From a virus (lineage: Duplodnaviria > Caudoviricetes), in the IMG/VR virus record IMGVR_UViG_3300028797_000135, positions 35,065 to 99,064 of that record: a DNA stretch of 64,000 nucleotides; one strand, given 5' to 3'. This document shows, piece after piece, positions 18,623-26,678 of this stretch. The notes beneath the pieces were generated by a model. It was not told the origin of the DNA and ran no database searches. It worked only from the letters and a program-made list of their open reading frames with translations. A program made the position numbers and the translations under genes. The stretch's first letter is position 1. Every line of letters starts with the position of its first letter.

Positions 18623-18958
18623 ATGACGTTGAAACCTAAAATCTACTACGATGCCAGTTGCCCTATTTGCAGCAGCTACATCCGAGTCATCAAAAAGAAA
18701 GTCAGCGAAAATGATGTTGACTACATTGATGCAGGCTCGGATGCAAAGGACTTCAAGTACACGGATTCTAACGGCTCGACATATACAGGAACAATGGCAA
18801 TCGACCGCATGACAAAGGATTTCCCAGCAATTCTCGACTTCATGTGGGTTCTGCCACCATCGTTACGAACAAAAGGCTTGAAGGCCGTGTACAAAGCCAG
18901 CAGCGTCGTACGACGGACATTACCCAAAGTCAAGAAAGGTTGCAACTGCGGACATTAA
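18623..18958 (+). CDS. DCC1/DUF393-family thiol-disulfide oxidoreductase-like protein
   Basis: N-terminal IYYDASCPIC (DxxCxxC); SD AAGGAG; C-terminal CNCGH. Confidence 0.75.
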   Translation: MTLKPKIYYDASCPICSSYIRVIKKKVSENDVDYIDAGSDAKDFKYTDSNGSTYTGTMAIDRMTKDFPAILDFMWVLPPSLRTKGLKAVYKASSVVRRTLPKVKKGCNCGH

Positions 18959-18959
18959 A

Positions 18960-18992
18960 CAAAAAACCCACTGAACATTCAGTGGGCTTTTT
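18960..18992. terminator. bidirectional terminator
   Basis: AAAAAAACCCACTGAA-CA-TTCAGTGGGCTTTTT. Confidence 0.8.
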
Positions 18993-19007
18993 CATATAGG
19001 AGACTAA

Positions 19008-19499
19008 TTATCCATTAGTTCCTTCATCCGTTTGTTCACCAATTTCGCCACCAGCTGGTTCAACTTGTTCGTCACTAGCAGGTGTAACCGTCCCATCGCC
19101 AACAGTAATTGGCTGTTCGCCGCTATCAGGCTTTTTCTTGACCGCAATAGTGCAAAGGCCATTCTTTACCGTCGCCGTTGCATGTGCTACATCGTAGGCG
19201 CACGGGAAAGCCCATGAGAACGTGAAGTTCGGCCTCTTGATGTAATCATAGTAGGTGACATAGTTTTCTGGGTCTGGCGGTGCTGCTGCCGTAACCTTAA
19301 TCAAGTTACCCGATGCAGTAACCGTGACATTCTCGTTAGAGCAACCGACAACGGCAATCTCTATAATCAAGACTTCTTCATCATTGATGATAGCCTTCTT
19401 AAAGGCATAGGGGAAAATCGGGCGACCGAATCTCTTTGGGTCAAAGATGTCGAATACATTTTCAATCATACTGTTCAATACAGGAAGTGTTCCGTACAT
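19008..19499 (-). CDS. small heat-shock protein (Hsp20/alpha-crystallin)
   Basis: IIEIAVVGCSNENVTV...FTFSWAFP...ATVKNGLCTIAV; ATG 19499 with SD AGGAG. Confidence 0.75.
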   Translation of the reverse strand: MYGTLPVLNSMIENVFDIFDPKRFGRPIFPYAFKKAIINDEEVLIIEIAVVGCSNENVTVTASGNLIKVTAAAPPDPENYVTYYDYIKRPNFTFSWAFPCAYDVAHATATVKNGLCTIAVKKKPDSGEQPITVGDGTVTPASDEQVEPAGGEIGEQTDEGTNG

Positions 19500-19636
19500 A
19501 GTTATTCTCCTGTCGGCGGTTTGCCGACCGTTGAGTGAATGAAGGTTCCAACAGTTTGTCGAAACCTCCGTACCGTCAGGAGTTTCCGTCAGGTACAATA
19601 GAAAAAGGGAGCCACTGCGGCCCCCTTCTTCCTATT
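19500..19636 (-). ncRNA. structured 5' leader (four hairpins) of the Hsp20 gene; candidate cis-regulatory RNA
   Basis: Hairpins at 19597-19636, 19570-19596, 19541-19569 (13 bp) and 19512-19528; three have AAAC at the apex; internal CUCCUG is complementary to the SD CAGGAG. Confidence 0.5.
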
Positions 19637-19637
19637 C

Positions 19638-19646
19638 TAGTTTATA
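19638..19646 (-). promoter_or_regulatory. putative late promoter box TATAAACTA
   Basis: Immediately 5' of the structured leader. Confidence 0.6.
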
Positions 19647-19650
19647 TCTG

Positions 19651-19998
19651 TTAGAGTTCTTCTTCGTTGAACGATGCCGTGGTTTCCGACTGGTCTTCAT
19701 ACGACTTGATTCTCTGGTCGTTTGCAGCAACCGTTCCCACAAGGGCCGCATCGACCCCTTCGGCATTCAGGAACTCGACAATCTTCATGAGTCCACGCTG
19801 GATTTCTGCAGGTGTCTTCTTGGTGGAAACCGCAGTCAGGAGCTGTTTTACAGTCCTGATTTCGGTAGCCCTACGCCACACCCTCCATTCGTAGTCTGTC
19901 ATGTCGCCACGTTCCGTAATCATGTAGCCCATGTTCGTATCTCGTAGGAGAGGAACTAGGACATACTTCGCATTGATTATTTCCGCTACGGTCTTCAT
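19651..19998 (-). CDS. hypothetical protein
   Basis: SD AGGAGG; in an operon with the sigma factor and Hsp20. Confidence 0.75.
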   Translation of the reverse strand: MKTVAEIINAKYVLVPLLRDTNMGYMITERGDMTDYEWRVWRRATEIRTVKQLLTAVSTKKTPAEIQRGLMKIVEFLNAEGVDAALVGTVAANDQRIKSYEDQSETTASFNEEEL

Positions 19999-20007
19999 AG
20001 TCACCTC

Positions 20008-20889
20008 CTAGATGCCAACGGCTACGCTCACACCCTTTTCGCTTGACAGGATGTTGATGGTAACATGCAACTGGCCGTTTTCCAACTTGGCCTTCACATT
20101 GTCCTCATCGACAGGCTTGGCGAACGGGAACGTGAACTTGAAGTGGTTCAACAAGTATGCAGGCACACTCGACTGTGCAGCCAGCACCTTGACTCTCTTG
20201 TTCTTCTTTCCAGCAGCAGGAGAATCTGAATGGAGCTTACGGACACCGCTAACTTCCAGACTGTTCTGCACGACCCTTACTTTAAGGTCGCTCTGAGGAA
20301 CCCCAGGTAGGTCGATGTAGCATTCGTACACTTGGTCGCTCGTCACATACATTTCAGAGAACGGTGCTCCAAAGCCATCGCTCATCTGAGGAGGCTGCTG
20401 GACAGGCTGCATCTGCTGCATAGGCTGCATCTGCATCGGCTGCTGCGGGTAGTAATAGCCAGCTGGCGGAACCTGCGGCTGTGGCTGGTAATACTGCTGC
20501 GGCTGGTAATACTGCGGTTGTGGCGGTGGTGGCGGAGCGATAGGCTGTTGCGGTTGTTGCGGCAACGGCTGTGCCACCATCTGTGCAGGAGCAACACGCT
20601 GTACCTGATTCACAGGCGGCTGCTGATAGTTGTTATACTGTGTCACAGGGCCGTTCGGGCGTGGTGCTGGGCGTTGTGGCTGCTTGCGGTTGACCTGACC
20701 AGGGATTACTCCAAGAGCGTTCCTGTTGGCCATTTCCGCCATTTCCTGAACTTGCCTTGCAGCTTCGTTGTTTGACATTGTAGGTGCGCCATTCGGTACA
20801 TCACCAACGGACTGACCTGACATAGCAAGGGTTGGTTCCTCTTCCATATTTTTGCCTCCATTAAATAATTTCTTGATAAAATTGAACAT
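20008..20889 (-). CDS. Hsp20-domain protein with long Gln/Pro-rich low-complexity N-terminus
   Basis: C-terminal YIDLPGVPQSDLKVRV..LEVSGVR...FKFTFPFAKPVDEDNVKAKLENGQLHVTI; second in-frame ATG at 20847 with GGAGG. Confidence 0.85.
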   Translation of the reverse strand: MFNFIKKLFNGGKNMEEEPTLAMSGQSVGDVPNGAPTMSNNEAARQVQEMAEMANRNALGVIPGQVNRKQPQRPAPRPNGPVTQYNNYQQPPVNQVQRVAPAQMVAQPLPQQPQQPIAPPPPPQPQYYQPQQYYQPQPQVPPAGYYYPQQPMQMQPMQQMQPVQQPPQMSDGFGAPFSEMYVTSDQVYECYIDLPGVPQSDLKVRVVQNSLEVSGVRKLHSDSPAAGKKNKRVKVLAAQSSVPAYLLNHFKFTFPFAKPVDEDNVKAKLENGQLHVTINILSSEKGVSVAVGI

Positions 20890-21683
20890 TACGAATTTAC
20901 CGTCTCTTTAAGGAGACTATAAAATTCCTTGTTTTTGGCTATCTTCTCGTATGCCGCCTTCTTGATTTTCTGGAACTCCGTTTTCTTCATGTTGAGGTTT
21001 GCCGCAATATCGGCTGCGGGAAGGATAACATCGTCCTTCAATCCGAACGAATACCTCATTATGTAGAGTTCCTTCTTATCAAGGCTATTTTCCAGCATCT
21101 TCCACAGGGTAGCCTTCATGTTGTCGTGTTCGAGTTCTGCAATGCCGTCCGAGTTGACATCAGGCGCCTCGTTATGGAAGCCATCCTGTTCATCCTCAGT
21201 TGAAGCCCTGACCGACTGTTTCAGGTTGGTCATAACTTCCTTTGCATGGTCCTCTCTTTCAGTGTAATCCGTCTCGTTGAGGCGACGCTTCTTGGCGACA
21301 TTTGCCTTCAATGCGATAGGAATCCTGATTAAATCATCGTCTGACACAAATGTGTTCAACGCACGGCGTACATACCACACGACAAACGAGATGAATTTCG
21401 TGCCCACATGGGGGTCGTACTTGTTAAAGGCTTCAATCAGGCCGATTTTCGCCTCGGAGAACAAGTCATCAATGGACTTGTTGCAAACCTTGGCCTTTTC
21501 ACTGGCCATCTTGAATGCAAACTTCAGGTTAGCCAAGATAATCTTGTCGAAGATTTCCTTCTTTCGGGCTTCATCCGTGCTATTTGCATACTCGTCAAAC
21601 AGACGGGCTTCCTCCTCCCGACTCATTTTAACCGATTTGTTAAGTTCTGCCTTTATGCATGGTGTAATCTTACAGTAATCCAC
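20889..21683 (-). CDS. phage-encoded sigma70-family RNA polymerase sigma factor
   Basis: Region 1.2 (SREEEARL), region 2 (ANLKFA...DDLFSEAKIGLIEAFNKYDP..GTKFISFVVWYVR..LIRIP) and region 4 (LDKKELYIMRYSFGL...DIAANLNM). Confidence 0.88.
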   Translation of the reverse strand: MDYCKITPCIKAELNKSVKMSREEEARLFDEYANSTDEARKKEIFDKIILANLKFAFKMASEKAKVCNKSIDDLFSEAKIGLIEAFNKYDPHVGTKFISFVVWYVRRALNTFVSDDDLIRIPIALKANVAKKRRLNETDYTEREDHAKEVMTNLKQSVRASTEDEQDGFHNEAPDVNSDGIAELEHDNMKATLWKMLENSLDKKELYIMRYSFGLKDDVILPAADIAANLNMKKTEFQKIKKAAYEKIAKNKEFYSLLKETVNS

Positions 21684-21732
21684 AAAACAACCATTGTTTC
21701 GAGTATAATCTAATATATATTATTTGACAGCA

Positions 21733-21757
21733 ATTCCCTCAAACTAATTTGAGGGAA
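21733..21757 (-). terminator. hairpin after the 1385-aa gene
   Basis: TTCCCTCAAA-CTAA-TTTGAGGGAA. Confidence 0.55.
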
Positions 21758-21771
21758 CCGCATTTTCTTCA

Positions 21772-24700
21772 CTATTTACGCTCATTCGATACAGGATAGC
21801 CCAGCAATCGGAAGTCTTCCTCTGTTGCCAACCTTGCCAAGAAATGTTCGTTATCCATTCCATTAGCCGACTTGATGTTATCCAACAGCTTTACCTTGAC
21901 TGGACCAGAGTTTTTGTCTGCGACAAACTTATCCTTTTCAGGTATATACTTCAACTTACGACATCTCAGCTCCTCGCATCCAATGTTGTTCAGACCGTCT
22001 CTTACTCTCTGGCTCATTCTCTTCTTGGGAACGATATTGCCTAGCACAAATGCGAACTGGTTAGAGTTCTCACGGGCAGGCAATGTAAGGATATACACCT
22101 TTTCAGGAGAATCTACTGAATTGGTATCTTCCTTAATTTTCCTAACAATACGGTTCAATCCACTTTCAAGAGACATGTCAAGGTCTTTGGATTGCATCGT
22201 AATTCCATTAAGTTCGTTTATCTTGGCTGCGATAGCGTCTTTCTTATTTAGGCCCTTTGTATTTCCAGAAACCGCCCTATGGACGATGCTAAGCAAATCT
22301 GGGTCGCCAGCTGAGTGCTTTGTAAGGAAGATATAACCCATCTTGTAGATACCATCCTTGCTGCAATCAACAACCTTTCTCTCAAACTCTCCTTTGCCAT
22401 CATCACCAGTCCATTGCTTAGTGCGAGTAGATACAATAGCTTTACCGACACTATCCACGACAGGTGTTGTATATGCATACCTGTTACGTTCAGTTTGCAC
22501 AACCATACCGCCATCTTTATCGAGATAGGCCGTTACGATGCTATCATATGTATCAACATCACTGATGTTATTCTTACTCGTATCAGTGTCCAAGAACAGG
22601 CTAACTTGACGTTTGTTGTTGTTACTAATAGTCCTCATCTGGTCAAGGGTCAGCTTAAACGGAGTCATCGTACCATCCTTGATGTAGCAAAGCTGCACGA
22701 AGTCCTCGCCGAACTTGTTTGCGGTGTTATATTTGTAACAGTCGCCATAACCGTTATCATCCAAGAACTTCAAATACTGCCTCAATGTAATTACACCAGA
22801 AAGATACGTCTTAAAATCAACATCCTGACCAGGGTTGGTTTTCTTCTTTCTGGCGATTGCACTATGGTCCAATATGACGTTAGGACACTTCAACATAACA
22901 ATTCTGCCATATTTCGTAACAGCATTTCCAGCCTCGTCACGAGTTTCTTTGATTGCACCGACCAAGAATCCACCAATCGGGTCCCATATAGTCTTTTTCA
23001 ACTCTGGTTTCGGTACAACGTCACCGTTTTCCTTCATTTCCATGAACACACTCGGGTCCATCAAGACAGAAGACGTGCTCTTCAAGAAATCGTCGATGAG
23101 GGTTTTCGAATCATATACACTCAGGTCTTTCAAGGCATCGCTAGTATCTCCTGCCTTAAACTGGTCATATCTTTCAAACGGCGTTTGACGTTTATCATCA
23201 GTACCAAATGAATTATGCGTACGATTCAATCTACGTGCAGTAGCATTCAAATCAGAGCAGTCACCAACCAATATAGTGGTTGGCTTGATATACCGACTCA
23301 GCAAACCAGATTCCCTTTCGTTTAGAGTATACGGCAAGCAGGTATTCATCCTCATGTTGCTACGGACATACGCCACGTCATCGCCTTCACTTGCGATTTC
23401 CGAACCCTGTATCTGGGCACCGCCTTCAATAAACACCCTACCAGTTAGTACAATATTTCCACTCTCACTGTCTGAGTCAGAGTTGCCTAGCACAGTGGGG
23501 TGATTGGTTCCGTGTTCGATTCGAATGAACTCAGGACTATTGCCGCCAGGATTTGTAGTAACCGCTGTCAAATCAGTGGACTTATATTCTGCCTCAACAT
23601 GAGCGCCATAACCTACCGTTATGCCACTCAATTTACATGTTCTGATTTTGCACGGTCCATTGACAATAGCATTATTCAAGACAGTACCGCTACATACAAT
23701 ATTACCTGTACTAGAATTGAGAACAACATTGCCAACAAGATTCGTTGTCACGTCGCCTTGTAGCCATGTGCGATAACCATATTTTCCTTTTATAGGACTC
23801 TTTTTGTACTCACCACGATAGTTCGCATGTCCAGTTATGGTAATCTTTTTGTCACCAGCAAATTCAACATTGCTAGCATCATCAGTTCTCCAACCGTTGA
23901 ACACTTTCACACCAGCATTGCTGACATTCAATTTACTGATGACAGAATGCACTATCTGTGCATATCCATTTTCAATACTTGAATCGGAAACAATAGAGTC
24001 CTCTATGACTACACCTCGAACACCGTCAACCGTCTCTGCTATCGCCCTGTTATTCGGCAAAACCTGTGTTGCGCCGTTGTTTCCAACAGCGATGTAGGTA
24101 TTCGTAACCTCCGTCTTACTAGGACTTGCTACACCCGCTACATCACTTTTCAGTGAACCAATGCTTACATATCCAGTGCTTTTGGATATGTCTACCTGAC
24201 TCAGTAAACACTCGAATATGTTAAAATCGCCTACTTTTTCCAAATTACAACCATTTGTAATAGTAGCGAATCCATATATGGTGGGTTTCGGTCCAGTAAG
24301 ACCATCTTTACCGACAATCCTAGTTATAGAATCACCTGGCTTGCAGCACGAGTCGTCAAATACAGCAACCAGCCTAGGAATCAGCCTACCCTTTCCATCA
24401 CGCAGCATAACCAGCGGGTGGTATTCATAACCGCCACTTACCGTTCCGTCTGCGGCATTCATCTCACCACCAATCGTCAGGGTATTTTTACCAGCGATAT
24501 AGTTGTAGAACTTTCCGTCAGCACGGGCACCATACGCAGCTTTAAGCTTCTTAATAGTATCATCAGTCAGAACATATTTGTCCTTATCACCGTCAAACTT
24601 CCATTCGATGTTTTCAACCCAGCCATTTTCATCGTGGCCATACACATTCGAACCAGTCCTATCGGACTGACCAAATTCAGTAAACTGCTTGTACTCTTTG

Positions 24701-25929
24701 GAAATGATGTTGTTCAAGTTTCCAACATCATAACGCTTTACCTGATTCTCAATAGACGGGTCGTTGACGCTCTTGATATACTTATCATAGTTAGCGTCAT
24801 CCATATACACATATTTGGGGTCACTTTCAATGCCCTCGATTGGGCCAACCTTTGGAACTTGGTAAATGGTGCTAGAAACGACTTTCCTCGACCCTGGTTC
24901 CAACAACAGCTTGAACATATCCTGAGTCTGGGCCCACTCAGCCAGCTTCGATGTGCTAATCGTAGCCGTCTTCTTGGAGCCAAAGTGTGGACGTGCTTCA
25001 CGCAGGTCCTTATCACTGATACCAGACATGGAGGCATCCCTAGTAACATCATAGATAAAGCCAGTGTTCTCATCCATGTAATACTGGTCGTTAGCATCCG
25101 TCCATTCCTTCAACACTACCTTATAAAGGCTTTCGACTGGCAAACCATATAACTGGCTCAACTCATTCTTCTTCGCTTCATTCGTCTGGGTAAGACCAGA
25201 CGTTATGTCACGGTCGTCAATAGAAGTAGAAAGAACTGTCGCCGACGGGTTAACCTCGACCTTACATTGAAGTCCAATGTTCGGAGCTTCCTCACCAGTA
25301 CGGTGAACAGCATTGCCAAGAACCAAACGCTTGATGTCAATGAACGGAATGTCTTTCAAGTCACCTATGCCAGGATAGCCATTTTCTTCATAGTATGTAA
25401 GTATCCTATTGTATACATCATTGCTCATGACCACAGGGTTTGTTGCCGTCGCATGTCCATACTTCGGCACACCTTCTTCGCCTTCTGCGGTAATCTCGTA
25501 CGGAACTGTACCAGCACGGAAGTACGTCGGCTTTCCATTCGGGGTCGGAATCATGAACTCAACATTGTCAAAACCGTTATTGAAGTTCAAGCCAAAATCA
25601 GAAAACCTCGGCTCAGTCTTTACCCACTTCAACGCCATGCTCCATGCACTGTCGAACGGAATCTTAGCCTTGGTCATCAGGTCGCTAGGATTGTATTCCT
25701 TCTTTGTCTCAACAGGGGTTTCTGGTTTCGGTTCATCGCCAAACTTCTCTTCAACTTCACCCACTTCAAAATCATCGGCAGGCAGTTCTTCACCACCGCC
25801 GAGGTCATCAAGAAAGTCGTCTATGCCTTCAAACAGGACGCCATTGATGTCCTTAACCGCCTCCAAAGCAGTCTTGTTCAAACCCAACCGTCCCAAATAG
25901 CTCTCAAAAACCTGTTTCTTGCTAAACAT
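21772..25929 (-). CDS. 1385-aa protein with shared N-terminal leader motif and central beta-helix-like region
   Basis: KKQVFESYLGRLGLNKTALEAVKDINGVLFEG followed by an acidic linker; mid-region I/V-x-x-S-x-I repeats. Confidence 0.8.
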   Translation of the reverse strand: MFSKKQVFESYLGRLGLNKTALEAVKDINGVLFEGIDDFLDDLGGGEELPADDFEVGEVEEKFGDEPKPETPVETKKEYNPSDLMTKAKIPFDSAWSMALKWVKTEPRFSDFGLNFNNGFDNVEFMIPTPNGKPTYFRAGTVPYEITAEGEEGVPKYGHATATNPVVMSNDVYNRILTYYEENGYPGIGDLKDIPFIDIKRLVLGNAVHRTGEEAPNIGLQCKVEVNPSATVLSTSIDDRDITSGLTQTNEAKKNELSQLYGLPVESLYKVVLKEWTDANDQYYMDENTGFIYDVTRDASMSGISDKDLREARPHFGSKKTATISTSKLAEWAQTQDMFKLLLEPGSRKVVSSTIYQVPKVGPIEGIESDPKYVYMDDANYDKYIKSVNDPSIENQVKRYDVGNLNNIISKEYKQFTEFGQSDRTGSNVYGHDENGWVENIEWKFDGDKDKYVLTDDTIKKLKAAYGARADGKFYNYIAGKNTLTIGGEMNAADGTVSGGYEYHPLVMLRDGKGRLIPRLVAVFDDSCCKPGDSITRIVGKDGLTGPKPTIYGFATITNGCNLEKVGDFNIFECLLSQVDISKSTGYVSIGSLKSDVAGVASPSKTEVTNTYIAVGNNGATQVLPNNRAIAETVDGVRGVVIEDSIVSDSSIENGYAQIVHSVISKLNVSNAGVKVFNGWRTDDASNVEFAGDKKITITGHANYRGEYKKSPIKGKYGYRTWLQGDVTTNLVGNVVLNSSTGNIVCSGTVLNNAIVNGPCKIRTCKLSGITVGYGAHVEAEYKSTDLTAVTTNPGGNSPEFIRIEHGTNHPTVLGNSDSDSESGNIVLTGRVFIEGGAQIQGSEIASEGDDVAYVRSNMRMNTCLPYTLNERESGLLSRYIKPTTILVGDCSDLNATARRLNRTHNSFGTDDKRQTPFERYDQFKAGDTSDALKDLSVYDSKTLIDDFLKSTSSVLMDPSVFMEMKENGDVVPKPELKKTIWDPIGGFLVGAIKETRDEAGNAVTKYGRIVMLKCPNVILDHSAIARKKKTNPGQDVDFKTYLSGVITLRQYLKFLDDNGYGDCYKYNTANKFGEDFVQLCYIKDGTMTPFKLTLDQMRTISNNNKRQVSLFLDTDTSKNNISDVDTYDSIVTAYLDKDGGMVVQTERNRYAYTTPVVDSVGKAIVSTRTKQWTGDDGKGEFERKVVDCSKDGIYKMGYIFLTKHSAGDPDLLSIVHRAVSGNTKGLNKKDAIAAKINELNGITMQSKDLDMSLESGLNRIVRKIKEDTNSVDSPEKVYILTLPARENSNQFAFVLGNIVPKKRMSQRVRDGLNNIGCEELRCRKLKYIPEKDKFVADKNSGPVKVKLLDNIKSANGMDNEHFLARLATEEDFRLLGYPVSNERK

Positions 25930-25959
25930 GATAGCCTACATTAGGTTAATTTTCATGTA

Positions 25960-25968
25960 TAGTTTATA
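25960..25968 (-). promoter_or_regulatory. putative late promoter box TATAAACTA
   Basis: 30 nt upstream of ATG 25929. Confidence 0.65.
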
Positions 25969-25977
25969 ACGTATAAA

Positions 25978-26001
25978 GGCATCATGCACACGCATGATGC
26001 C
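25978..26001 (-). terminator. terminator
   Basis: GGCATCATGC-ACAC-GCATGATGCC followed by TTT on the minus strand. Confidence 0.65.
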
Positions 26002-26028
26002 AAACACACGGCTCAATTGACACTACAA

Positions 26029-26676
26029 CTAGGTATTCTCTTCCATTGTAAATATCAGGTCTTCGTCAGACGCATATTCGATGGCATCAGCCGCATCAAG
26101 CATGTCGATATACTTCTGCTTGCGTTCCTCGGTAAGGAACGGGTCTGTGTCAAGAGCCTGAAATACGGTCTTCGCCTCACGGAATGAGCCCGTCAACACA
26201 AGAGTGTACGCCTGTGCCAGTTTTGCCGCAATCTCCAATGGAGTAATTCCACTGAATTTTGTCAGACGGCATTCTTCCTTGAACAACGCAATCATCTCAT
26301 TGCCAATATCTATGTTGTATATGACTTCACCGATTGTTCCATCAATCGCATTGATACGGTTGATATTCGTGTTCAATTCATCCACATACCTATCGTAAGG
26401 AACCGCCCTTCCAATAAAGTCCAACACCTCGTGTTCAGAATAGTTTTCTGGGGTCAACGGATTCTGTACAGCGGTTTTCGACCAGTATTCCCTGTTGTTG
26501 TAAATACATACCCCATCGACATGGGTAATGGTTGATATATACCTCATACCAAACTCCTGAAATAAGATGTAATCATTGATATCCTCATGCGCCTGTTCCA
26601 ACATAAGGTCTAGCACCTGTTTGTTAGTCGCACGGAATTTAACCTTTTCGGTTGATTTATTCATCGCATAAATCAT
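26029..26676 (-). CDS. hypothetical protein (fibre-associated by position)
   Basis: 215-aa ORF, last gene of the collagen operon. Confidence 0.75.
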   Translation of the reverse strand: MIYAMNKSTEKVKFRATNKQVLDLMLEQAHEDINDYILFQEFGMRYISTITHVDGVCIYNNREYWSKTAVQNPLTPENYSEHEVLDFIGRAVPYDRYVDELNTNINRINAIDGTIGEVIYNIDIGNEMIALFKEECRLTKFSGITPLEIAAKLAQAYTLVLTGSFREAKTVFQALDTDPFLTEERKQKYIDMLDAADAIEYASDEDLIFTMEENT

Positions 26677-26678
26677 TG

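Noticed and set aside
19512-19530. GGCAAACC as part of a c-di-GMP-I riboswitch, or the UGA/UGA loop as a SECIS element
   Set aside because: The rest of the riboswitch (GNRA tetraloop and receptor, two-stem layout) is absent, and there is no in-frame UGA selenoprotein context.
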